DNA of 55,837 nucleotides, filler included, from Jimgerdemannia flammicorona (lineage: Eukaryota), in NCBI GenBank assembly GCA_003990765.1. It is 3 parts of 3 records of this genome, joined end to end, with 100 filler letters (N's around TTAATTAATTAA, not from the genome) between each part and the next. Parts side by side here need not be neighbours in the genome. Positions count along the whole stretch, not along the records: positions 1 to 18,549 come from RBNJ01002182.1; 2 more parts are not named here. One strand, 5' to 3'. Below the pieces are notes generated by a model. That model was not told the origin of the DNA. It saw nothing but the letters and a program-made list of their open reading frames with translations, and did no database searches. A program made the position numbers and the translations under genes. Of this stretch, positions 1 through 12,910 are shown in pieces. The first letter of the stretch is position 1; every line of letters begins with the position of its first letter.

Positions 1-28
<28 letters not shown>
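1..28 (+). repeat. Poly(A) run at contig start
   Basis: 28 A residues directly abutting a truncated LINE ORF2; either the tail of another retroposon or a homopolymer assembly break. Confidence 0.8.
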
Positions 29-31
<3 letters not shown>

Positions 32-2431
32 AGATGTGGTGATCTCCCCAACCTCTAAGAGCCTCCCCCCAGATGGCCACCCTCCTCTTCCACCATATCC
101 ATGGCAAGACAGATCCATATACTGAAAGAAAGATACTCAGATACTGTACTGCCTCTCTCATAGAGATAATGGTTTCAATGACATCCCCTCCCACTAGCCC
201 ATTTCTCTGCACTATTGTCTCATACTTATACTAATTGAGTTTTTACTCTAAAGTATAGTATCTCATACAATTCCACCATCTCCTTAAGTATCTCAACATC
301 TGCTACTGATCTAAGTCCAACTACTATATTATCTGCAAAGACCCCCACCTTCTACTTCACACCATAGATAGAGAGTTCTGCTATCTTCTATCAAATTCTA
401 TCCATCAAAGGTTCTAATGAAAGGGCATATAGAATTGGAGACAGTAGATCTCTCTGAGGAACTCTCCTCCTCAAGGGAAATACCAGACTCTGATAGCTAT
501 TGCACATTAGTACCACCCTACTACTCTCTAACAGATTTAACATAGAAGCTCAAAATCATAGAGGAATATCAATTCTATCTAATATCTTGCTCAGCCACAC
601 CCACTGAACACAGGCATAGGCCTTCTCCTGGTCCAAAAAGACCAGTTGCCCATCCAATTTACTAGCCTATGCCTCTTCAATGATGTCATAAACCCAAGCT
701 ATCCCATCTCTGATAAGTTTGTCTTCAACAAACCCCACTGCTCCTCATCTAGTACCTGTTGGGCAACCCTCTGTTATCTTGCTATGATCATCTTAGTAAC
801 TATTTTTCTGTCTATATCCAGTAGCATGATTGGTCTCCAGTTCTTCCAGTCCTCCCTCCTTCCCTTATCCTTATACAACAAGGCCACCAGCCCTAGGTCC
901 TGCCTTCCAACCCACTCACTATTCAGAAGAACAAAGTCACAGAGAGCTGCCATCTCTCCTAATACTTCAGAGATCCTCACTATCTTCTTCCAAAGTCCCA
1001 AGATAACCCATTCTCTCCCAGTGCTGTCCTAAGCTTAGTTGCTACAAGAACTCTCTGGATTTCCTCCTCTTGGACTGGTAGGATTAAATCCCCCAGACTC
1101 TCTACTTGTGGCAGCTCCCAGTTCTCCAGAGTATCTCCTATTGTCTCTGCATCAGTACTCCCTTCCTCCTCACTCCATAGACCCCTCCACCACTCCTTCA
1201 GCAACTCTAAGATCTGCTGTATACTATGTACCATTTCAGCCTTTGCATTAAGGACTCCATCTCATTGATGTCACACTCTTCTTGCCTAGAGAAGTCTTGA
1301 CAAGTACCTAGTAGGTCTCTCTCCCTCCTCAAGCCCCTGCCACCTCAGCCTAGCTGCCATTCCTTTTATATACATCTCCTCCTCCTCTCTCAATATCTAT
1401 TGCAACTCCACCACCTCCAGTTTTGCTTGCACTATCCTCCAATCATCCACCTCTCCAGAATTTATCAAATCTGTCCATTCCATCTGCAATCTAACCAACC
1501 TATTAGAAGCACACCTCACCATTTTCCTTCTCTGCCTCCCAGTATCTCTACCAACTCCACCCCAGTAAATCCTTGCAGTCTCTTTTAACTTTATCTACTA
1601 GACATCCCCTGGTGAACTCTCATGTATCCAGCTAGCAATTTTCACCTGGATATCTGCTACCCAAGATTCCCACAATATCTTTCAGCCAGCAGAGAGGAGT
1701 TAAGGTACTAATGTCCAGGTCTATCTCTCTCCCAAAACTGTCCCTGCTCTAATAATCTCCAGTGATCTGACCATGGGCACCACTCCACCTCTAGAGTCCT
1801 CCAAATATCCATGCCCCAGCATTTGGCTGTCAGGATCCAGTCAATCCTTGTATCTAGTCCATTCACCTATTGTGTGTAGATCCTCTTTCCTCCCTACCAT
1901 ATTCTGCCCATATCCCCTAAGGAGCTAAGGTTCTCCACATCCTCTCATATGTCCAGGCCTCTACTCCTTCTACTAGTACTCTTTCCTCCATCAGTTCTAT
2001 CTAACTGAAGATTTCACACCATATTGAAGTCACTATCCAGAATATCTACTCTATTCTCCAGGAGAATGCCCTCCTTTGAAAGACTCTTAATCCATACAAT
2101 CCAATCACTCCTAGCCACAGGGCAGTAGCAAGAGCCAACTCTCACTGGCTCTCACCCAGGTTGATATCATTCCCCCAATACCAAATGATCTCCCCAGCTC
2201 CTGATTCTACCTAAATCCCCTTTACCCCTCCATACCAAAATTAATCTATGCTGCAGCACTTCTTCATTCTCTAGTCCACTCCACTTAATTTACATCATCC
2301 TTGCAACAAACATCCTATAGCAGAAAGATATTAGCCTTCAATCTCTTAAGCCAAGTAAAAATGTTATAATGCTATCCAGATACCTATAGTCTATTCACAT
2401 TCAGAGAAAAAATATTAGTTGCACTGTTCAT
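29..2431 (-). pseudogene. LINE-A ORF2 (APE endonuclease + reverse transcriptase), many stops
   Basis: ATG at 2431 reads MNSATNIFSLNVN, matching MNSTTNIFSLNMNGL at 52123; NWRPI motif at ~840. Confidence 0.88.
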
Positions 2432-2454
2432 TTGGAATAATGTTTAGAGGAAAG

Positions 2455-4471
2455 GTCTCTTTACAACTCAGTCTCCCTCTCCTTTCTTACTAGATCTATT
2501 CTCTGCTCTGCAGTAGCCTCTACTCTTGCTAGCTTATCTGCCTCCATCTAGCCAGAAGGTCAGCCAGTTCCACATCCTCCTTCTCTTCCATTGTATTTCT
2601 ATACTCCTGGCACACACCCTGCCAAAGCTAAAGTCCTCTCCCCTGCTCTCACCAAAATACAGCCTGCTCTCCAGCAGCTACTGCCAACTCTTTCTCCCTT
2701 GCCTCATCAACCTCATATCTCTCCTTCTCTATGAAGATTACTAATACTTCAACCTTGAGAGCCTCCACCACACTATCTCCTCATAGCACCCTTTCTCAAT
2801 ACTCTCTACTAATAACCCTCAAGTCCACCTCTCCCAACTCCCAAGTTATATATAATGTTGCACATTCACCTCAGGTCTCCAACATCTTTCCCTCCAGGAG
2901 TATTGGGCCTTCCCTCACCTAGTATAGAGGTATCAATATCTGTACTGGCAGATTCTTCCCACTCTCTATATGAGACATCCACCAGCTCATCCTCCTGAGA
3001 TCCTACTATCTGTCCTTCCATTGCTGTATCCAGGACTCCAAACCTAATCCTATGAATACCCCTCATCTCAAAATCCTCACTACTTTTCATCTTTCTAGGG
3101 CCAGCTGGTGCCCTTCTTTTCTCATCATCCTCAAAGACCTCCAGCACACTCTCATCATACAGTATCTGATCCTGAGCTCTCCTCACTGCCTGAACATCTG
3201 CCTTCCTTGGCTTCTCTCCTCCACTAGTCTAGATAATTGCCTTCATCCCCTCAAGCCTCTCTGCTCTACTCTCCATCTCAACAACACTCTCCTTCATACT
3301 AACCAACAGCTCTCTCTGCCTCTTCCTCCCTTGTGCCCTCTCCCACTATCTCTTATCTATCCAGACATACTTCTCCTCCACTACCTCCAAATGCATCAAA
3401 TCCACATAGGTCTTTCAAGCTTTCATCTGATATTCCACTGCTCTCCCAAGTTCCTTCAATGCTGCCAGAATGTCTTTCTCCTCCTCTTCACTCCCCTTCA
3501 CCCTTAATACCTTACAGATGAAGGCCCACCACAATATTACCAAAGGGCAGTCACTTGTCTTCCCAGTGATCTCTTTCCCAGCCAGCTGAATCCTAACATC
3601 TATATTCCCAGTCCTCAAAGTGGTCCCCTCTCACATCTGAAATCCAATATTCACCATATTGCCATACTCTGCCATCAGCTCCTTAACCCTCCTCATAGTC
3701 TCAATCATCATCACTGTAGACACCCCCTTTACTAGTAACTGAACCACTCTGGGGTCTCACCTCAGACAGTGTACCATGAGGACAACCACCTCCCCTACAG
3801 CTACTCCATTCTTCAATGCTTCCTCCAGTGGACCTGTCTCCTCAAAACCCACTTCAACTCCCTCTAGTCTCTTTAGGAACTTCACTAAGGCAGCTTCAGC
3901 CACTTGCTTTGAGATAATTCTGAGGACTATCCTTACTATCACCACTAAGCCCCAGAAGTACAAGATTACAGCAAACTCTGAGATTGACTTCTTGAGTAAT
4001 GGTTCCACTGCCAGCTCTGTCATATCATTGGCCAGTTCTCTCTTCCTCTTTGGTCCCATTAGCCTGGCTCTCCCATCAATAGTCACATCTGGATTTTTTT
4101 TTCAGATTCCCAGTTACATTACCATCAGCAGTCTCTCTCCTGCCCCCAGCTGCTTCTATATCAGCCCTTCTATCTACTGGCTGAGATGCTGAACCTCCTG
4201 CCTCTACTTCCCTTTGCTTCCCCTTCCCTCCTACCTGACCACCTCAAGATCTAACAGGCCATCATCCAGCCTTCAATATATCAGCAAAACTTCTCTCCCA
4301 CTACCCTCCTGCTCCTCCTCCAGTACCACTACTACTACCCAAACTGCTCTGCTCACTTAGACCACTGAAAGACCCCATCTCTAGTCCATACTCTTGTCCA
4401 ATATAGTGCCAGTTGAAGGCTCCAGATCTATCTGACCTAGTACATATATCAGCTTACTTATTAGTTGCCAT
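2455..4471 (-). pseudogene. LINE-A ORF1, decayed
   Basis: Fragments 3757-4086, 3415-3618 and 2866-3186 align with ORF1 fragments at 50169-51736 (RTGNIDVRIQL vs RTGDVDVRIQL); ATG at 4471 corresponds to ATG at 50070. Confidence 0.8.
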
Positions 4472-4544
4472 GACCTTAGTACCTTTCTCTAATAAATACT
4501 TTGAAGGTATGTTGTAAAAGTGTGCATAACATGAGTGGTGTGGA

Positions 4545-7500
4545 ACAAACTGCCTTTATTAACATACTCATCTATTATAATACATTGAGCCCACCCTTAT
4601 CCAATCTCTCTAGAAGGCCCCCCCCACTTATACTCTCTTGATTAAAGATCACTAGGTCATTAATCATCTCCACCCTTCTACTACTCTGCTTGCAGTTTCT
4701 CTCTATTAAATAGTAGCAATGCCTATCCTAAAGATGCCATCCAATCTACCACCCTATTAGTATATGTATCTCCCATCAACCCCTCCTACATATCTTAACA
4801 ACCTCTCCTGCAAACCTAACTATTGCTTCTCCTCAAAAACAAAGAGCCAATATCTAGTCAGCCCCACCTATACATCTAGAACCCACCTTACAGTAAGCCA
4901 CTCATTGCCCACACCTCCCACCAATCTGGTTCTCAATTCTTCCCAGCAACCTCTCTCCCCATCTGGTCTCCTTTTGACACTCAGCTGGTCACCTACAACT
5001 ATCCAAAAGTCCTCCAGAACCTCACACTCTTTCAACCAATATTCTGGTGTCTCTACAAATCCCCCAACTTATCCTATATTATAACACTCCTCATATTCTA
5101 GGAGTCCACCCTCTACTAGATATTTAGAGCAGAAATTCAACATGATATTCCTCCATAGCATCCACTACCATACCACCCAGAACTTGGGAGGAAGCCACCT
5201 CCGCACCTCAGTACTCTATGACCAGACTCTTGCCCAGTCCTACTCTCCTCAAATTCTTGCTACTTATCAACTGCTAGGTCAGAGATTCTGATCAAGTCCC
5301 TGCTGACACTCCACTCCATTATTAATATCAAACTCAATAAGTGGAGTGCCCCCCAATAGTAGTCTGTCCTATCTCCACATAGCTGGTCCCCATGGCATCT
5401 CTCCTTCATTGCTGTGCCAGCACAAGTCTATACAGTGTACTCTATCTGCCACCCCCTACTAGAAGCCATTATACTATAGCCAGCAGCTCCCCCCCAGACT
5501 CACCAGAGGCAGCAGATCTTCTGAGGACTCTCTTGGAGAGAATCTCATCTCCCACACCTTCAGCATCAGAGGCACCCATCTACCTCCTTGTAGTTCAACA
5601 GCCCACTTCAACCACTAAGCTCTCAGGCAGTTCAGCCTCTTAGAAAAATCCACCAGTCCTAACCCCCCTCAATCCATTGGTATTGAAAGGGTATTCCAAC
5701 TGATCTGAGACTGCCTTCCAGTCCAAATCCAATTCCTAGCCAGTTTTATCAGTTGCTTCAATACCTATGCCAGAAAGTTCAAATGATAGATAATATACCG
5801 CAGCTTAAGAAACCAGTATATATTCAGAATTGATACCTGGCCTATCAGAGAGATATGGTATTCTCCCCAATCTCTAAGAGCCTCTCTCTAGATGATGACT
5901 CTCCTCTCCTACCACATCCATGGCAAGATAGATCTATATACAAAAAGGAAAATGCTTAAGTACTACACAGCCTCCCCTATAGAGACAATTGTTCCAATAA
6001 CATCCTCTTCTACCAGCCCATTTTCCAGCACTATTGTCTCACACTTATACCAGTTGAGTTTTGCTCCAGAGTATACCTCATACCATTTCACTGTCTCCTT
6101 AAGTGCTTCAAAATCTGCTACTGATCTAAGTCCAACCACTATATTATCTGCAAGACCCCCATCTTCTACACCACCCTATAGATAGAGAGTTCTGTCACCT
6201 TCCATCAGATCCTATCCATCAAAGGTTCTAATGATAGAGTATATAGAATAGGAGACAGTGGATCCCCCTGAGGAACTCCTCTCTCTAAGAGAAATACCAG
6301 ACCCCAGTTACCATTATATATGAGTGCTGATCTACTGTCCTCTAACAGACCCAATATAGAAGGTTGAAATAGTGGGAGAATACTAATTCTGTCCAGCACA
6401 TTATTCAGCCACACCTGCCAAATGTGGTCATAGATTTTCTCTTGGTCCAAGAAGACCAATCTCCCATCCAATTTACTAGCCCAAGCCCCTTCAATGACTC
6501 TATAGATCCAAGCTATCTCATCTCTGATAAGTCTGCCCACAATAAAGCCCTGCTACTCCTCATCTAGTATGTATTGGGCAACCTTCTGTAATATTACTAT
6601 AATTACCTTATTACCATCTTCCTGTCCATATCCAGAAGCACAATCAGTCTTTAGTTCCCTTCTTCCCTTGTCCTTATACAACATGGCCATCAGTCAGAGG
6701 TCCTGTCCTCCAACCCACTTACCATCCAAAAGAACAAGGTCACAGAGGGCTGCTATCTCTCCTAATACTCCAGGGACCCTTGCCATATTCTTCCAAAAGT
6801 CCCAAGGTAATCTATTCTCTCCTGGTGCTGTTCTAAGCTTAGTCACCACAAGGACTCTCTGGATCTCCTCCTCTTGGACTAGTAGGATCAAATCCCCCAG
6901 GCCCTCTACCTATAGTGGCTCCCAATCCTCCAGAGTATTCCCAAATGCTTCAGCATTAATACTCCTTTTCTCCTCACTCTACAGACCCCTCTACTGCTCC
7001 TTCAGCAACCCCAAAATCTGTTGTGTACTATGTGCCAGCTCTCTCTCTGCATCAAGGACTCCATCTTAATGATTCTGCACCCTTCTCATCTGGAGGAGCT
7101 GTGACAAGTACCTTGTAGGCCTCTCACCCTTCTCAAGTCCCTGCCACCTCAGCCTAGCTACCATATCTTTCATACACATCTTCTCCTCCTCTCTTAGCAT
7201 CTATTGCAACTCCACCATCTCAAATATAACTTGCACCAACCTCCAATCATCTATCTCTCCTGAATTTAACAAATCAGCCCATTCCATTTATAGTCTGACC
7301 AACTTATTAGAAGCCGACCTTGCTCTTCTCCTGCTTTGCCTTCCAGCATCCCTACCAGCTCTACCCCAGTAGACCCTTGTAGCCTCTTTCAACTTTATCT
7401 ATCAGTTACCTACTGGTGGGCCCTCATGTATCCAACTAGTGATCTTCATCTAGATATTCTCTACTCAAGAGTCCCACATTGTCTTCTCAGCTAGCAGGGA

Positions 7501-8447
7501 GGAGTTAAGGTACCAATTCCAGATCTATCCCCTCTCTTCCCAAACTTCCCCTGTTCTAATAGTCTCCAGTGATCTGACCATGTCCATGCCTCCAGCATTT
7601 GGCTATCAGAATCCAGTCAATCCTTATATCTAGGCCATTTACCCAATATATATAGATCCTCTTTTCTCCCAACAGTATTCTACCCATATCCCCTAAGAAG
7701 CAAAGGTTCTCCATCTCCTCTCATATATTTAGACCACTACTTCTTCTACCTGTACTCCTCTCTCCATCAGTCCGATCCAACTGAAGGTCCCACACTATAT
7801 TGAAGTCACTATACAGAATATTTACTCCATCTGCCAAGAGAGCACCCTCCTCTAAAAGACCCTTGATCCATATGATCTGCTCACTTCAGACAGCAGGCAG
7901 TAGTAAGAGACAACTCTCACTGAATCCCAATCTGGTTGATTCCTTCCCCCTATACCAAATAGTCTCCCCAGTTCCTGATTCTACCTAAATCCCCTTTATA
8001 ACTCTGCATCAGAATAGCCACTTCACCAATCCAAACTACAGCCCCTCTTCATTTCCTAGTCTACTCCACTTGATCCAAATCATCCTCACATTGTACTTTA
8101 TATAATAGAAAGAGATCAGCCTCCAATCACTTAACCTGAGTAAAAATGTTCTTACACTGCCCAGAGCCCTATAACCCATTCACATTCAGAGAAAAAATGT
8201 AAGTTGTACTATTTATTAAGATTAATGTTTTTAGAAGATAGGTCCTTTTATAACTCAGTCCTCCTCTCTCTCCTTGCCAGATCTGGTCTCTGCTCTGCAG
8301 TAGACTTCACATTCACTAGCTTGTTCACCTCTAATCTAGCCAGAAGGTCAGTCAGTTCCACATCCTCCTTCTCTTCCATATTGTCTCTATACTCCTGGTA
8401 TACACCCTGCCAGAGTTAAAGTCCCCTCCTCTGCTCCCACCAGTATA
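4545..8447 (-). mobile_element. LINE family A, copy 2 (full ORF2 span + end of ORF1; cut by Gypsy LTR)
   Basis: RT motifs LVFLDQEKIYD and GVPQGDPLSPILY (6205-6540); AATAAA at 4560-4555; ORF2 start decayed to ATA near 8216. Confidence 0.92.
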
Positions 8448-9622
8448 TATCAATTTCCTTATTAGGATGGTTCTCTGGGTGTAGTGGTGATTTGATGTGG
8501 CTTGAGCAGTTTCCTTATGTGTAATGGTCTGGCAATTAGACAGTTCCTCTTATGTGATTTCTGCATAATGATCTTGTTTCCAAAAGTATGTAATTTCTGC
8601 ATGATGATTTTTTATAGTATAATGATCTCTGTATTGTGGTGGGTTCTTTATGCAATTTGGCAGATAACTCAATTTGGTATAGATTCTTCTAAATCAGACT
8701 CACTGGGAATAGAAGAAGGTACAGATTCTTTCTGAATCAGCAGCTTACTGAGAACAGATGAATAACTTGGATGATATGGATAAATTGAATAACTCAGATA
8801 TCTCAGATATCATGAATTGACAGGTCCTCAGAGAATATCAGATAACTTGAAGTGGTGGATTCCTCAGGAAAATAACTTGGATGGTACAGATGGCAGATTC
8901 TTAGCAAGTTACATCAAAGACTGGCTTCATTTGTATGAGGTTACATCATAGACTGGCTCTACTGTGAAGTTGTATCAAAAGACTAGCTTGTGGCAAGATT
9001 TCTTATAGGCTTTCTGAGAAAATGGGTTCTTGACAAAGTTATATTGAGACTGACTTCATTTATATGAATAAGTTCACTGCAAAGTTGCATCAACAGATTG
9101 GCTTTATGACAAGATGGCAGTTTCTTGAAAATGGCAGCTTATTTCTTAAGCAGTAGTCTACTTAAATGGTGGCGAAGTTCTTTACTTAAACTTTTGGTAG
9201 AAAATCTTCAAACTTATCTGGCAAGCAAACTAAAAATGGACTTGTTCTTGTTATTAGAAAGTAGACTAGAGTGGGAAAAGGGGACCAATAGTCAATCTTT
9301 AGAGGCTTCTTTGGTTTGTACTTCAATTTAACTGAGGTTTATTCACTCTTGTCTCTGGGATATTTTATATATTATAGTTGCTATCTGATTGCTATCTGGA
9401 TAATTATAGATTTATCATATCTGGTAATATTGGGTATATCTACAAGACATAGGTGTGTCTGTAGGACATAAGTGTGTCTACAGGATATAAGTGTATCAAC
9501 AGGATACAGATAAATAACTTAGTTCTGATATCCTAGCTAATTATAAGTGTGACAGATATAAGTAACTATACTATACTGAAAGTTCATATCATCTGGTTAT
9601 ATTATACTATTTGCTCATCACA
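8448..9622 (-). repeat. Probable 3' LTR of G1 (~1.2 kb)
   Basis: Starts TGTGATG right after purine tract AGTGGGGGCTGA (9634-9623); ~19-bp tandem repeats (9441-9508); GAGTGAATAAACCTCAG core shared with other LTRs; left end inferred from where LINE homology resumes. Confidence 0.6.
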
Positions 9623-12492
9623 TCAGCCCCCACTGAAGGATAGTCTGTCTCAGACTGTTCTTCAGTCATTATCCCAATAAGTATAAGCAGCTTCTGCATC
9701 TATACCAATTCTATCAACTTTATTATCTGTACTATAGTCACTCTATTCTAGGGGCTCCTCTTCTTTCTCAGAGAATAGAGTCTCAACTTGCTATATGATA
9801 CTGAGATAGATGGGTAGGATCAAACTTTAGAGATCATTTAGAGAGAACTGGGCCTAGATCAGAGCTGAAGGGTTCTATTTGTAGATTGTGTATAGTCTTT
9901 CTGTAGCAGTGATATTTCTTCTGGTCAGGCTCATAGTGTTGTAAATATAGGCCAGGTCTGGGAGGAGAAGATTCTGTAGCTGTTCTCCAAATATATAGTA
10001 GATCTACAGCTGATGAACTTGGAGTAATCTTGACCAGAGTGAGGTTTTTTTTGATGAATCCAAATTCTTTAAAGATATGTTCCATTGAGTGCTCAGAACT
10101 GTGGCAGAGGAACTGGTAGAGCTAGGAAGGAACTAAGGACAAGAGTCTGAAGACAGTTATCAATTCTCCAATTCATAGTGTAGAGAGAGATATATCTTGA
10201 AGCAATTGCTATATACTGGTATCCTCAGAGTTCATCCATCCAGGCTTCTTAATAGATGCTGGTTTCTCTGATATTATGTATAAGATAGAGTTCTTCCCAT
10301 TTGGGCCCCAGTTTGATGGTAAAGTTGATTTCAATTATACTTCTCCAAACTAGTACTTGATCTCTAATTTTGATCTTTTGATCCTTTAGCTTCTAGTCAT
10401 AGTACTTCTTTTGTCTTTCTTGAGCTTTGATAATCTGAACTTAGGCTTGATTACATAACTGCTCTGTCTTCTTGAGGAGATCTCCAAAGTTCTCATAATC
10501 AGTTGTTCTGGTTTTCTTAACAAACATCATCTCAAAGGACTTTTATTTAGTGAAGGCAACAGAGGTGTTCTAAATTTCCTATAGGATCTCAGGTAAGTAG
10601 AGGTTTCAGTTGGTAGGATTGACTTAGGCAAGTTCTTTCTTGATGGTCTGGTTTATTCTTTTTGTTACATATACCATTGGTCTGAGAGTGATATGATGTA
10701 GTCTGTTTGAGGTGGATCTTGTGAATTTAGATATAACTTGTAATTATGTTGTTGATGAATTCTGTACCTCAATCAGAGATGAGTTCTTCTGGGAGTCCAT
10801 ATCTGAGTGTGAGTCTATAGGGAAGTTCTACAATAGTCAAGACATCTGTAATTTCCATTGGGAAAGTGTTGGGGCACTTGGTCAGATATTTTACAAATAT
10901 AAGAATATACTTGTTTCACTTGTTTCTTCTTAGTATGTATTACTGGTTAAGTCTAATCACATCTACTCTCTATCTCTGAAAGATATTGTCTGGTAGTATA
11001 ATTGATTGTAGTAGTACTTAGTAGTTCTTTCTTCCTTGGTACTTCTGGCAGATATCACATTTTTTGAGTATGTCCCAGTCTTATATTCTGAGGTTAGCCC
11101 AATATTGGTATATTGTTCACAACTTTTCTTCTATATTCACTTGTCCTTGGTGGGCTTTCTGGTATTCTTTTCAGATGAGATCTTCTTATACTTTGATGAT
11201 CTGAAGAGCTTCTTTTAGGGTATAGTTTCTTGGTACACCATTCTTCTGGTTTATTAACATTATTATAAGCTTTCTCAGCTTTATAGATAATAGTAATTTT
11301 GTAATTCTAGAGGATAAGAATCCAGTGGGCTAGGATTCTGATAGGTTCCTTATAGTTGAATAGCTATTTGAGAGCTGCATGGTCAGTTATCAGGATGAAC
11401 CTTTTTCTGATAAGATAATGCTAGAATAGAGTGACTGCCCATATAACTACAATTTGGTGCTATCATAGTTCATCTGCTGCTAATTTGTAGCTCAGCTTAT
11501 ATAAGCTATTATATAGTATTATTAGTCAGATCCTCCTTGGGCTAGAACTGCTCCTATGCCATCTTTGGAAGCATCTGTATACAAGATAAATGACTTTTGT
11601 ATATTTGAGTAAACAAGAATTAATGCTATAGTCATACAGTACTTGAGTTTCTTGAAGGCTAGTTCTTGTGATTTTATCTATTTTTAAGGTACTTCTTTCT
11701 TGAGAAGGATTTGAATTGAGGCAGTGATTTGGGCAAAGTTTTTGATAAATCTGCTATAGAAGAATACTAGTATCAGAAAGGATAGTATTTCCTTTGGGGT
11801 CTTGGGTATTGGCCAATTGTGGATCTTCTCAGTTTTCTTTGAGTCTATATGGGTTCTTTCTTATAAAATTATGAATTTAAGGAATTTAAGTTTCTGTTTC
11901 CTGAAGTAGCATTTCTTGGCATTGAGCCTCAGGTGGTTCTTATGGGTGAGCCTGAAGAATTCTTTTAGGTGGTGCAGGTATTCCTTGAAATTTGCTGAAT
12001 AGATATTAGAATCATCTATGTATATGATCAGACAGTAGTATAACAGGGGGGCATAGACCAAATTCATAATTCTCTAGAAGGTGGGAAGTATATTACAAAG
12101 TCCAAAGAGTATTCAGAGATACTCAAACAGTTTTTCTAGGGCAAGAAAGGTTGTTTTCTGAATATCTTTAAGATCTATGGAGATCTCATGGAATCTCACA
12201 AAAAGGTCTATACTACTGAAATATCTGGTATCTTGTAACTGGTCCAAGAGGTTATCAATTCTGGGCAAAGGATAGGTATCCTTTTTAGTGACTGAATTGA
12301 GTTTCCTGTAATCTACACAGAGTCTCTATTCTCCTTTCTTTGGTATAATATGTATAGTACTGGCCCAAGGGCTGGTTGAGGGTCAGATGACTCCATTGTC
12401 TAAGAGTTCTTGAATGTATTCCTTTTTGAATATCTTTAAATAATGGGGTATTCTATAGGGTTTCTGCTGGATGGATATTGCATTTCTGTATT
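8448..12492 (-). mobile_element. Ty3/Gypsy element (family G1), 3' half: RT-RNaseH-IN-extra ORF-3' LTR
   Basis: QQKPYRIP at RT start (~12460), YIDD (~12020), FILYTDASKDGIGAVLAQ RNase H (~11540-11590), integrase tail KLGPKWE (~10300); RT-RH-IN order. Confidence 0.9.
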
Positions 12493-12571
12493 TACGCTAT
12501 TATGATATAATGGGTTGTATGGCAGGTTGTGTAATAAAGGGCAGTCTAAGTGACTATAAAAAAAAAAAAAG

Positions 12572-12607
<36 letters not shown>
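12493..12607 (+). mobile_element. 5'-truncated LINE-A 3' end with long poly(A) tail
   Basis: GTAATAAAGGGCAGTCTAAGTGACTATAAAA matches the copy-5 terminus GTAATAAAGAAGGAGTCCAAGTGACTATAAAA. Confidence 0.85.
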
Positions 12608-12615
<8 letters not shown>

Positions 12616-12625
12616 GGTTACTTAC

Positions 12626-12819
12626 AAACGACGAGATTGTTATCGCGGGTAGCCTAGAGAGTAAAGTCGAATGGAATATCAAGTCAGCACTCGATTGACC
12701 TTCTCAGTAGCGAATGAACCAATGCTTCAGCTACTTACGTCGAAGGCGGCACTGGCAAATCCGATGGCAGAACCCAGGAGCGCAAGTGCAAAGATGGTTT
12801 TTCCGTTGAGGCCAACCAT
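12626..12819 (-). CDS. First two coding exons of a secreted protein, probably GH18 class III (Cts1-like) chitinase; 3' partial
   Basis: CCACCATGG context; exon 12819-12739 = MVGLNGKTIFALALLGSAIGFASAAFD (signal peptide-like); 85-nt intron GTAAGT..GCTGAC..TAG; exon 12653-12626 = ATRDNNLVV+T; next donor GTAAGT at 12625. Resembles yeast Cts1 N-terminus AFDRSANTNIAVYWGQNS. Not in the ORF track. Confidence 0.75.
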
Positions 12820-12903
12820 GGTGGAGTTGGAATACCGAGCCTGCGAATTCGATCAAATGTGTTGAACTTAGTAAAAACCAGATAATGCGAGGAACTCACT
12901 GGG

Positions 12904-12910
12904 TTATATA
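12904..12910 (-). promoter_or_regulatory. Candidate TATA box of the chitinase-like gene
   Basis: TATATAA ~85 nt upstream of the ATG; a possible 5'UTR intron (12899-12841) is a competing reading. Confidence 0.4.

Larger units (their letters stand above)
29..4524 (-). mobile_element. L1/Tx1-like LINE family A, copy 1 (5' end intact, 3' part missing, decayed)
   Basis: Minus-strand homology to 50031-55837; RT fragments (LLYKDKGRREDWKNWRPIMLLDIDRKIV); 5' motif CACACTTTTACAACA shared with copies 4 and 5. Confidence 0.92.

Noticed and set aside
12471..12698. Poly-lysine ORF
   Set aside because: Translation of the LINE poly(A) tail; the real gene is on the opposite strand.
12841..12899. Possible 59-nt 5'UTR intron (GTGAGT..CTAAG..CAG)
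   Set aside because: Plausible signals but conflicts with the TATA candidate 4 nt upstream; unresolved without transcripts.
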